Assembly (NCBI RefSeq): GCF_000142905.1
Contig: NW_013657640.1
Location: 1-57,140 of the forward strand
DNA length: 57,140 bases
From: Thecamonas trahens ATCC 50062
Lineage: Eukaryota; Protista; Apusomonadida
Reading direction: 5' to 3'
Shown: positions 10,689 to 20,846 of the stretch, in pieces
How the letters are laid out: every line of letters starts with the position of its first letter
How positions within the stretch are numbered: position 1 is the first letter of the stretch
Program-made: the position numbers and the translations under genes
Notes under the pieces: generated by a model
Databases searched by the model: none
Told to the model about the DNA's origin: nothing
What the model saw: the letters and a program-made list of their open reading frames with translations, nothing else

Positions 10689-12607
10689 ATGGGCCTCCTC
10701 ACCGTCGGACGGCCGCTGTCATGGGACGAGTCGCGGCGGTACCGTGAGTATGTCCGCCAGCACGGCGTCATTCAGTTTCTCAATCTGTACAAGCGACTGA
10801 TGGAGGAGCCGCGGGATGACTGTCTTCTGTGGGGCGATGAGATCGAGGGCATGGTCATCGAGTTTGACCATGACGCCCGCAGAGTCCGCCTTGCGCTTGT
10901 GGCTGAAGATGTCATCGAGGCCGCCAACGCCGAGGCAGATCCGGCCGATGCCATCTTCCATCCCGAGTACGGATCGTACATGGTGGAGACTACCCCGGGT
11001 ACGCCCTACGCCGCCACCTATGCCGCTCTGCTCTCGGTCGAGGCCAACATGGCTGCCCGCCGCGCGCTCGTCGCCAACCAGCTCGCTCCCAACCAGGCGT
11101 ACTTTACTCTCGGTGGCTTCCCACGCCTCGGCTGTGACGACTTTACCTCGCCGGCCCACGCGCCCGGCGGCCCCATCGCCAAGTCGCAGTACTCGCCTGA
11201 CGAGGCCATCAACTCGCACCCGCGCTTTGGCGCCCTCACCGCCGCCATCCGCCAACGCCGTGGGCGCAACGTCGACATCCGCGTCCCGGCCTTTGTCGAC
11301 GAGGCCTCAGTCGACCCGCCGGTCATTCACATGGACTCCATGCTGTTTGGCATGGGCCTCTGCTGCGAGCAGGTCACCCTCCAGGCCATGGACCTCGACG
11401 AGGGCCGCGTCATCCACGACCTCTTTGTCGTCCTCGCCCCGCTCTTTATGCCGCTCACCGCCTCGACGCCCATCTACCGTGGCCGCCTCGCCGACGTCGA
11501 CTGCCGCTGGAACATCATCTCGGCCTCGGTCGACGACCGCACAGAAGCCGAGATGGTGCGGCCCGACGAGGCCGCAGGCCCGGTCGCACGCGACCCGCCG
11601 TCGTCCAAGACTACCACCACCACCCACACCACCACTCAGAACGTTGGCGACGCCCTCGTCGTCACCACCACGTCAACGACCACCACCACCACCACCATCC
11701 CGCTCGGCGACGGCGCCACCCGCTCCGAGTCGCAGTTCCTGCCCAAGTCGCGCTACGCTTCGGCCTCGGCCTACGTCTCGCTCAGTGCCCAAGAGTACAA
11801 CGACATCGACGCCCCCTTCCACTACCCGGCCTTCCTCACCCTCGTCAACGCCGGCATCGACAAGCCGCTCGCCCGCCATGTCGCCGCCCTCTTTGCCCGC
11901 GACCCGCTTGTCCTCCTCTCCGGCCTCATCGAGGAAGTCTCCGACGCCACCTCCACTCTTCATTTTGAGTGCCTCGCCTCGACAAACTGGGGCTCGGTCC
12001 GCCTCAAGCCGCCGCCGCCCGACTCGAACATCGGTTGGCGCGTCGAGCTCCGCTCCATGGAGACCGGCATCACAGACTTTGAGAACGCCGCCTTTGCCGT
12101 CTTCACCATCCTCCTCACCCGCGCCCTCCTCTCATTCAACGCCAGCATCACCATCCCCATCTCGCTCGTCGACGACAACTTCGACGTCGCCCAGCGCCGC
12201 GACGCTGTCCTCAACGAGGCCTTCCACTGGCGCATCTCCTACGGCGCCGCTGCTGCCGCTGCCCCCGCCTCGGTCGGTAAGGCCTCGCTGGACCACATCT
12301 TCAACTCGGACCTCATTCCGCTCGTCGAGTCGTACCTCGACTCGCTCGCCCTCCCTTTGACGTCCGCACAAAGCTGCAGGCCTACATCGACCTCGTCGGC
12401 GCCCGCGCCGCGGGCTCCCTCGCCACCCCCGCTCACTGGATCCGCAACTTTGTCACCTCTCACCCCGACTACGCCAAGGACGGCCGCGTCACAGACTCGA
12501 TCCAGTACGACCTCCTCACCGCCGTCACGCACATTGCCGACGGCTCCCGCCACGAGCCCTCGCTCTACGGCGATCTCCGCGCCGCTACCGCTGCTGCCTC
12601 TCAGTAA
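10689..12607 (+). CDS. GCLC: Glutamate-cysteine ligase catalytic subunit (Gsh1), frame break at ~12353-12358
   Basis: MGLLTVGRPLSW, LLWGDEIE, PEYGSYMVETTPG, MDSMLFGMGLCC, NWGSVRLKPPP, GWRVELRSME; conserved C-terminus (ARAAGSLATPAHWIRNFVTSHPDY) lies in the -1 frame ending TAA at 12605-12607. Confidence 0.95.
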
Positions 12608-12675
12608 CATCTCGCAATGCGTGCGCTTCACCGCCCCCACCGCTCTCCGCTTCAACCCTTTTACGGTACAAAGCC

Positions 12676-14051
12676 TTAGTTGTACACCAGATACGTCGAT
12701 GTCGCCGAAAACTTGGCGTACGACTTGATCACCTTCTGCACCGCGTCAATAAAGTCCTGGTGCGAGACCGTCCGCCGCCGCGCCCGAATGGCAAACATGC
12801 CCGCCTCGGTACAGACCGACCGCATGTCGGCGCCCGTGGCGTGCGGGCAGAGCCGCGCAATGAGCTCAAACCGGATGCCCTTCTCCACCTGCATCTGTCC
12901 CGCGTGGATGCGGAGAATGTGCGTCCGGCCCTCGAGATCCGGCAGCCCAAACTCGATCTTGCGGTCGAGCCGCCCGGGCCGCAGCAGCGCCGGGTCGAGC
13001 GTGTCCGGCCGGTTCGTCGCCATCAGCACCTTGATGTTGCCGCGCGCGTCAAAGCCGTCCAGCTGGTTGATCAGCTCCAGCATCGTCCGCTGCACCTCCG
13101 TCCCCGATCCGGGGTCATCCTGCCGCGCCCCGCCGATCGCGTCCACCTCGTCAAAGAACATGACGCACGCCTTGCGCGCACGCGCCATCTGGAACAGCTC
13201 GCGCACCATCCGCGCACCCTCGCCCACGTACTTTTGCACAAGCTCCGATCCAATGACACGGATAAATGTCGCGTCCGTCCGGTTCGCCACCGCACGCGCA
13301 GAGAGCGTCTTGCCCGTCCCGGGCGGCCCGTACAGCAGCACGCCCTTCGGCGGGTCGATGCCCAGCTGGATGAACCGCTCCGGATGCAGCAGCGGAATCT
13401 CAAGTACCTCGCGAAGCTGCTTGATCTGCTCCTTGCACCCGCCCACGTCCTTGTACGTCACGTCCGGCTTCTCCTCGATCTCCATCATCGTCACAGACGC
13501 GTCCACCTTGGGCGGCAGCGGAATCTTGATCTGGTACTTGGTCCGGTCCACGCCCACGCGCATCCCCTCCTCGATGTCTGCAGGCGCAACCTGCTCGCCG
13601 AGCGAGACCACAAACTTGGCCATCTGCTTCACGTTGATGATGTAGTGCAGCTCGCCGTCGTCCTTCTTGATGATCTTGGTGCACCGCGCAACCTGCAGCG
13701 GCTGCTCGCTCTTGATCAGCTGCATGTCCGCCGCAAGGTCCCAGTACGACGGCGGCGCAAGCCCCGTGTTCGACTCCTTCACCCCAATGATCTTCTTCAC
13801 CTTCTCCATCACCTCCTTGATCGAGTCCTCCGCATCCTTCAGCTTGCCCGAGTACGGACCCACTCCGTATGCCTTCAGCAGCTCGATGTCGCCCTTGTCA
13901 AGCGGCACAATCTCCGCCTCCTTCTCGGGCTCATCGTCCGCATGAACAGGCTTCTCTTCCTTGCCCTTCTTTGTGCCCTTGGCCACTGCACACCCTCCCG
14001 ACACACACACATACCACCACATTCACATCCACCAACGCGCATACACACACA

Positions 14052-14095
<44 letters not shown>

Positions 14096-14549
14096 CGCAC
14101 GCACACACGCACGCATCGCAACACACACACACAAACGTCCCTCAACTCATGTTAGTCACTGCTCCCCTTCAACTGCCCGATTCCGGCTCTCCGCGCCACA
14201 GGTCGCCTTCCGCCCGACTGCCGCTCACCCACCCACACCCCCCTCCTCCCACCATCCCCACACACCACACACACACAAACACGCACATACACACACGCCC
14301 TCTATCCCAGCATTTCTCCTCCTCCTCTCCTCCTCTCCCACCTACTCTGCTCACTTCCACCTTGTCTGCCCACATGCACTGCAAGCAGGTCGCCCGACCA
14401 CCTGGTCGTCTTCCACCCCGCCTACCTTCCTCTCCCTCTGCCACCACTCATTTTTGCCTTCTATCCCACGCACCTGCCTCCCCCTCCCACCCCCCTTCCC
14501 CTTCCCTCTCTCTCTCCACCACAACAGCAGCGTCTATACTCTACGTACT
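12676..14549 (-). CDS. PSMC2: 26S proteasome AAA-ATPase Rpt1; main exon 13985-12676, ATG probably formed across intron 14548-13986
   Basis: [74 protein letters not shown]; the 5' end is inferred. Confidence 0.96.
14040..14132. repeat. (CA)n microsatellite in the putative PSMC2 intron
   Basis: Visible CA/CACG run. Confidence 0.95.
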
Positions 14550-14788
14550 CTTTCTGCTGTGCAGACTGCCGGGTGCGAGTGCGGTGTACCGTCTCCCTCC
14601 CACACTCCCAACACCTCGTCCCGCTCCCCACCCGGCGCCAACTGATCAACCTCGTCTCCGATCGATCACCGCTACGATCGATCACCCCCCCCTCCGACCA
14701 CTCCAAGGAGCCACTGCACCACTCGACCTCGTTCCACCCACCACACAAACGCAAACACATACACTCGCCAGTCGCGGCTACTGCGAAG

Positions 14789-16228
14789 ATGTATTTGGCA
14801 TGTACACCAATACGTGCCCTGGTGCTCGTGGTCTCCATTCTGGTCATTGTTCAGTTTGGTATGGTCCCGCAAGCACTCAAACTCCTCCTCGCACATGAGC
14901 AGTGCCAAGCAGAGCTGACAGCATTGAGAGCCTTACCACCGCCGCCGCCGTGCCCAGACCCCACACCTATCATCTTTGAGAGAGATAGACTCGCTCGTGA
15001 TCTGCGTGAGAGGACAGAACAGCTCAATGTGGCCAAGGCTCGGCTGAAGCTTGTCCAAGGCCCGGGCGCCGGCGTGGCATCCTCCCAGCGTGCCCTTGCT
15101 CTTCGTCGCGAGATGCACGCCAGACTCTCCGAGAGCCCAAGCTCCGAGCGGAAGTGTGTGCTCGCCGACGTCAAGCCGGCTACTCGCCAGGATAACAACG
15201 ACCTGCTGAAGGTCCTTGTTTACAAGCACGAGTACGAGAACTCGCTGATTAAGGCCGAGGAAGGTGGCCCCATGGGCGAGCTCGCCCTCTTCCACTCGCT
15301 GCTCGACGCCTTGCACACATCGGACCTTGTAGCCGACGGCGGCGTCTTTCTTGCCTCGTCACCCGCAAGTCTGGATGCAGTGCTGGTAGACACCCCGTTT
15401 GATGCATTTGATGTCATCTTCACCGACCAGTACTCGTTTGCTGTCCTCGAATCGGCGGGCCTCTTTCACCTCGATCTCGACCGCTGCCGCTACCGGTTTG
15501 TCGACTTTTGGGGCACGCCGCCGAACCAGAACTCGGTTTGCTTCCATCTGCGCCAGTATCTCACCCCGTACGCCAACGAGTGGAACGCGCCCATGTTCTA
15601 CGACGCGACTGTGTCGGGCGCGCGAACAACAGACTCTGCCGCCAAGCTCGTCTCGCAGGAGGACATCGACCGCGAGCTTGCCGATCTTCCGCCACGCTTT
15701 GCTCTCATCTACGGCAAGGACGCAAAGTACTTTGCCACCGCCCGCAATGCCATTGCCTCTGTTGCCCGCAAAATCCCACTCGTCTCCACCGCACGCAACG
15801 CTCGCGGCCGCCTCCCGCCGGGCGTCATCACCCTCGGCGTCGTCTCCAAGCCGGCCTGGCGCGCTCTCCTCGCTCGCGCCTCGTTTGTCCTCGGCATGGG
15901 CCATCCCGTCATTGGCCCAACCGTCTTTGACGCTTGGTCCGTCGGCACGCCGTTCATCAACCCGACCTTTGCCAAGCCCTTCCAGCTCGCTGACAACACC
16001 CGCTGGGCCCTCGCCTCGCAGCATCCGCCGGCCGTCGACCTCGCCCCACCGGGCTACATCCACACCCTCGACATCAACAATGCCGCCACCCTCGCCAACG
16101 CTGTCGACACCATCCTCGCCCGCGGCAGACTCCAGCCGTTTGTCCCGCCAGACTACACTACCGCCGGCGTTGCAACCGCCATCGACGCCACTCTCCGTGC
16201 CGACTACTGCCGTCCGCTCGCCGACTAG
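14789..16228 (+). CDS. GT18 family (MGAT5/GnT-V-like) type II membrane glycosyltransferase
   Basis: N-terminal TM plus coiled-coil stem; GGPMGEL, DVIFTD, CRYRFVDFWGT, ALIYGK, LGMGHPVIGP, FINP and SQHP occur in MGAT5 order. Confidence 0.8.
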   Translation: MYLACTPIRALVLVVSILVIVQFGMVPQALKLLLAHEQCQAELTALRALPPPPPCPDPTPIIFERDRLARDLRERTEQLNVAKARLKLVQGPGAGVASSQRALALRREMHARLSESPSSERKCVLADVKPATRQDNNDLLKVLVYKHEYENSLIKAEEGGPMGELALFHSLLDALHTSDLVADGGVFLASSPASLDAVLVDTPFDAFDVIFTDQYSFAVLESAGLFHLDLDRCRYRFVDFWGTPPNQNSVCFHLRQYLTPYANEWNAPMFYDATVSGARTTDSAAKLVSQEDIDRELADLPPRFALIYGKDAKYFATARNAIASVARKIPLVSTARNARGRLPPGVITLGVVSKPAWRALLARASFVLGMGHPVIGPTVFDAWSVGTPFINPTFAKPFQLADNTRWALASQHPPAVDLAPPGYIHTLDINNAATLANAVDTILARGRLQPFVPPDYTTAGVATAIDATLRADYCRPLAD

Positions 16229-16425
16229 CGCCACATGGTCACGTTCGTACATCACAACAAGACGTGTGACAGAATCATAAATAACAGACCTCATATCCTT
16301 GATCCCAGCTCGCCTGAATCGAAAACAGCCCACGCGCCGAACCCCTCCCCTCCCCCCCCCTCACCCCCCTCCCACCACCACACCTCACCACCACCTCCTC
16401 CACCACCACCACCACCACCGTCGCC

Positions 16426-17790
16426 ATGTCGAGTGCGTCCGCATACTCGGACTATTCTCCCAGCTCTGCAGACGCACCCATTGTCCTGGACGACCACAAG
16501 GACGACGAGGTTGTTGCCACCGCACCTGCCGCCGCTCCAACCACCACGAGTGACGGCGAGCATGTTGCTGGCAATAGTTCGGTGACTCAGAGGAAACAGT
16601 CTTCGTCCCGGGATGATCCCAATGCTGGTTCCGTCTCAGACGTCTCGCTCGCCTCGGGTGATCTGATCTCCGACAACGGGCCGCCACATGTGGCTCTTCT
16701 CCCGGCGAGGATGAACTCGGACGGTGAGCTGGTGGCTGTCGCTCCGATGGCTCGTGGCTCCTCGGCTCGCTCGCTCACCCTCCTCCAGCCCATGGCCGGC
16801 TGGCTTGCCTTCTGCGGCTACGCTCCGGGAGGCGGCATCGTCGGCACTGGCTGGGCCTTTCTCGTCTGGGCCATGGTCGTCACCCACGCTGTTGTCATGT
16901 TCTCCCTCACCGTTTACCCGATGCGCTTGACCGAGTCCACCTTGTCCGGCTTGGCCATCCTGGCCCTTGCCCCCGTCATCACCCTCCCCACCTTCAACCG
17001 ATACATGCGGTCGGGCGTGCTCGAGGACGAGGTAGCAACGTGCAAGTACGTCCACCAGTACTCGGGCCGCGCCGTCCGCCAGCTTGCGCTTGGCCACACG
17101 CTCGCGGCCATGGCTGTCTCGCTCTTTCTTGTGGTGGGGTGGAACGTGACGCTCGGCCTCGCGCTCGATGGCCAGGGCTTTGGCGGTGGTAAGTCGGACG
17201 CCCTCTACTGGGTCGAGCTCGTCACCTCGATCTTTGCCATTCCGGCCATGGTCACCCCGCTTGCCATGCTCTCGCTGGTGTGCAACCTGCATCGGCTGCA
17301 GTGTCTCTCGTTTATTGGCCGGCTCACCGACGCCGACATGCACATTCCGTCGGCACTCCGCCTCCATCAGGCCATCCGCCGCTCCATTAAGGCCTCCTCG
17401 CGGCTCTTCACTCGCTGGGTCTTCCCCGCAGCCCTCATCTGCGCTGTCTCGCTCACTTACCAGATCTATGGCTACCTCTTGAGCCACAGCAGCTCGCGCC
17501 AGTATAACGGCATCTACCACATCATTGCCGTCACCCTCATCCTCGTCGTCATCCTCGGCGCCACCACCTCGGTCACCCGCGCCGCCCACAACGTCCGCCA
17601 CGCTACCGCAGAGCTCTACGCGGTCTCATTTGGCAGCGCCGCTGACATCTCTCGATTCATGGTCTACCTCAACAACACAGACCTCGCCTTCCGCATCTTT
17701 GCCGTCCCCATGTACCCGGCCTACAACTCACTGGTCATCGTCGGCTTTTCCGCCGTTGTCGGCGGCGTCGTCCGCCAGGCCACCATCTGA
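16426..17790 (+). CDS. Gustatory-receptor-like (GRL/7TMIC) multi-pass membrane protein
   Basis: Long hydrophilic N-terminus, about 7 TM, long TM4-5 loop (CNLHRLQ...LRLHQAIRRSI), RFMVYLNNTDLAFRIFAVPM before a terminal TM ending ..VRQ. Confidence 0.68.
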   Translation: MSSASAYSDYSPSSADAPIVLDDHKDDEVVATAPAAAPTTTSDGEHVAGNSSVTQRKQSSSRDDPNAGSVSDVSLASGDLISDNGPPHVALLPARMNSDGELVAVAPMARGSSARSLTLLQPMAGWLAFCGYAPGGGIVGTGWAFLVWAMVVTHAVVMFSLTVYPMRLTESTLSGLAILALAPVITLPTFNRYMRSGVLEDEVATCKYVHQYSGRAVRQLALGHTLAAMAVSLFLVVGWNVTLGLALDGQGFGGGKSDALYWVELVTSIFAIPAMVTPLAMLSLVCNLHRLQCLSFIGRLTDADMHIPSALRLHQAIRRSIKASSRLFTRWVFPAALICAVSLTYQIYGYLLSHSSSRQYNGIYHIIAVTLILVVILGATTSVTRAAHNVRHATAELYAVSFGSAADISRFMVYLNNTDLAFRIFAVPMYPAYNSLVIVGFSAVVGGVVRQATI

Positions 17791-17832
17791 GCCACACCTG
17801 CCTTTGCTACCCTTCATTGAACAAAAGCCCCT

Positions 17833-19641
17833 TCACTCCCGGTCAGGCCGAACCACGACAAACGCCGCAAAGCCGCCGTATGCTGCAAGCAGCACCGCGC
17901 CGCCGACCCAGTGCAGCCGCCACCGCGCCGCTGCCAACACCGCCACCACCAGAGCGAGCGACGCAAAGAAAAAGAGCGCAAAAACCCGCATGTCGCTCGT
18001 GTTGACCACAACCGGATCGCCCATCAAAGCCGAGAGGAACCATGGAAGAGCGAGCGCGACAAGGATGTCAAACACGTTCGAGCCCATCGCGTTGGAGACA
18101 CACATCGTGCCATGGCCCTGTCGCGCCACAAAGACCGACGACAGCGCGTCCGGCATCGACGTCCCGATAGCCAGAGCAGTGAGGCCCAACGTCTCCTGTG
18201 AGATGTGTAACATGCATCCAATGCGCGCTGCAAAGGCAGAGACGCCGTATATCATGAGCGCAAGCCAGGCAAACGAACAGAGGAAGGTGAGGACAACCAG
18301 GTTGCCTCGCGGCGGAGGGATGGTGTATCGGAAGAGGTGCTCCAGCGGAGTCCACACAACCGCGGTGAGCGCGCCCTCGCACCGCCGCCGAGCCACCCGC
18401 AGCTGTTCAGACTCACGCGTCCGCGAGTAGCCGCCCAAGTCCGGCGACGTCGACTCGTTGCTCGACTCGGAATCGGCATAGACTGCCAGGTTCGAGAGCC
18501 GCGGAGGTCGCCCGGCCTCGGCCACATCGTCGCTGAGGCCGAGCTCACCATCAAAATCCTCGCCAAAGTACAGCACATCGAGCGAAGGCTCCTCCAGCCG
18601 GCCAACAGGCGCAGAACGCAGCGGGGGAGGCGGGGTCGAGGCTCGGGCGGCGGCGGCAAAGACCGAGCCGAACCGAGCGACCGGATCAATCTCGCCGTTG
18701 TTGCTGCCGCTGCTCTCGTCGGCTTCTTCCTCCTGCTGCTCCTGCTCGTCGCACTCGCCGTCGCCGTCAACATTGTCGGTCCACAGCGCATCCAGAGATG
18801 GCGGCAAGAGCGGAAACGCGCGGGCCTCGTCGATGGCGTCGTCTGTGAGCAGCCCGTCGCCACCCCACGAGTCAAGCCGCGGCCGAAGCGCTGGACCGTC
18901 TGACCACATCTCGTTCTCCTCCTCATCTGCGAGTGAAAGCAGCCGCGCACGCTCGGCGCGACGCCCGTCGCCATCAGTCGCCGCCATGGCAGCAGCAGCA
19001 AGTGAACCCGGCGCCGGGCTCTGGTGTGCGTACGGCTCAAGCCAGGCGCACGCGGTCGGGGCCAGAGCCAGGGTCAGACTGGCGATGGAAGCCGAGGCAA
19101 GGAGGCACGTGAGGTAAATGGCGTAGAGGACAAGGCCGATAGCGGCCTCCCACCACGAGATGGCGGCATCCGAGAAGATGGCCATGAGATAGCCAAAGGC
19201 GAGCACGTTGACCACCATGTCTCGCAGCAGAACCTTTGGCGAGAGAGCCAAAGCCGATCCCGCAGCCACAGCAGAAGCACCGATGATGACCAGGAGGTTG
19301 AAGACGGCTGAACCGACAATGGTACCAATGCCCATAGCATCCGTGGGATAAGTGAGCGCCGCCAAAGCCATCAGTAGCTCTGGCATGGATGTGCCTGCAG
19401 CCATGATGGTAGCACCAAGTACGTTATCAGCGAGACCAGTCCTTGCACCCACAGCTTCCAAAGCTTGATAAAACCGTCCTTCACACACCACAGCCACCCC
19501 AAGCATCAAGTACCCCACCCCTGCCATGTAGCCCAGCATGACCCAAGCCGAGCCGTCGTCTCCCACGCACCCACCACCGCCATGCCCACCACCATGACCC
19601 GCACTACTTGTGCTGCCATCACTCGCCCACGTCGTGAACAT
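17833..19641 (-). CDS. K+-dependent Na+/Ca2+ exchanger (NCKX/SLC24-like)
   Basis: Alpha-1 repeat GATIMAAGTSMPEL..GTIVGSAVFNLL; alpha-2 repeat GLTALAIGTSMPD..SNAMGSNVFDI; acidic central loop; start uncertain. Confidence 0.9.
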   Translation of the reverse strand: MFTTWASDGSTSSAGHGGGHGGGGCVGDDGSAWVMLGYMAGVGYLMLGVAVVCEGRFYQALEAVGARTGLADNVLGATIMAAGTSMPELLMALAALTYPTDAMGIGTIVGSAVFNLLVIIGASAVAAGSALALSPKVLLRDMVVNVLAFGYLMAIFSDAAISWWEAAIGLVLYAIYLTCLLASASIASLTLALAPTACAWLEPYAHQSPAPGSLAAAAMAATDGDGRRAERARLLSLADEEENEMWSDGPALRPRLDSWGGDGLLTDDAIDEARAFPLLPPSLDALWTDNVDGDGECDEQEQQEEEADESSGSNNGEIDPVARFGSVFAAAARASTPPPPLRSAPVGRLEEPSLDVLYFGEDFDGELGLSDDVAEAGRPPRLSNLAVYADSESSNESTSPDLGGYSRTRESEQLRVARRRCEGALTAVVWTPLEHLFRYTIPPPRGNLVVLTFLCSFAWLALMIYGVSAFAARIGCMLHISQETLGLTALAIGTSMPDALSSVFVARQGHGTMCVSNAMGSNVFDILVALALPWFLSALMGDPVVVNTSDMRVFALFFFASLALVVAVLAAARWRLHWVGGAVLLAAYGGFAAFVVVRPDRE

Positions 19642-20305
19642 GACCCAAGAGGACCACGTCGAACAAAAGGCTGGAGTTGTGTGGCTTGGGTCTCGTCGTC
19701 GTCAGCATGGCTGGTCGCCGTCTGTGGTACGTGTAGGTGACAAGGTCGGCTTGGGGCTGACATGCCCGTGCGCACAGCACGACGAATCGGCTTGGGCACG
19801 AGATCGTGACACGTTTCGAGATCGATGACGTGGGGAAGGCCAAAGGCCAAGATGGCGCTGGGGTGTTGCGATGAGAGGCAGGGGGGATTGGGATGGCGGG
19901 TAGGGGGGGGGGGGGGGGGGGGTTGAGCTCGTCGGTCGGACAGGTTCATCGGTGGTAGTGGGCACGAGTTGTTGACGGGTGGGCGTCCTGGTAGGGGGGG
20001 GGGGGGCAGTAAAGGACATGGTACCGATTGATTTTACCTTTCTTGGGTGCTTTGCCATCGGTCCCTGCCATCGCAGCGGGTGTTTGCCATCCATCGCCAC
20101 AGATGGTCGCTGGAGAAAGACATAGCTGGCACGCCCGTCAACCGTTGGGCGACCACGTCAAGCCGGATAAAGAGCCTTCGCTTGGGTCGGGCACTTGAGC
20201 CACTTCTCCCAGGCGTTGCTCTCGTGTAGCAACTGCACTCTCCCCTTTCCACCTCAACTGGTGCTGGCTGTGGTGACCTCTACCTTGCTAGCAAGAGCTT
20301 GTAGT

Positions 20306-20846
20306 GGCGGACCAAGTGCAGCGGCAACCACTCGGCGCCGAGTGGAGATTCGTCGTCCCGGCACCAGCACCGGCATCGGCATTGGCATCAGCATTGCCTG
20401 TATGTCGAGTTCATCATCGCTCGCAAGGCTGCGGCAGAGTAAGTGGTTGGAATCAGTGACGGGTAGGCGGAAAGAGGGAGGGAAGACGACTCACGGCGAT
20501 GGCGACGTCGGATACGCAGAGTCGCCGGGCAAGACACCGACATGGCGTGATCTGGTGCGGACTGGGGCGGACCAAGTGCAGCTGCAGCACTCGGCGCCGA
20601 GTGGAGATTCGTCGTCCCGGCACCAGCACCGGCATCGGCATTGGCATCAGCATTGCCTGTATGTCGAGTTCAACATCGCTCGCAAGGCTGCGGCAGAGTA
20701 AGTGGTTGGAATCAGTGACGGAGTGGTTGGAATCAGTGACGGGTAGGCGGAAAGAGGGAGGGAAGACGACTCACAGCGATGGTGGCGTCGGATACGCAGA
20801 GTCGCCGGGCAAGACACCGACATGGCGTGATCTGGTGCGGACTGGG
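20306..20846. repeat. Near-identical 260-bp tandem duplication (20306-20565, 20566-20846) with an internal 21-bp duplication in copy 2
   Basis: ggcggaccaagtgcagc...tctggtgcggactggg occurs twice; agtggttggaatcagtgacgg is doubled at 20701-20742. Confidence 0.95.

Noticed and set aside
12760-14898. 712-aa plus-strand ORF and many similar antisense or overlapping ORFs window-wide
   Set aside because: Shadow ORFs caused by high GC3 in real genes on the other strand or frame
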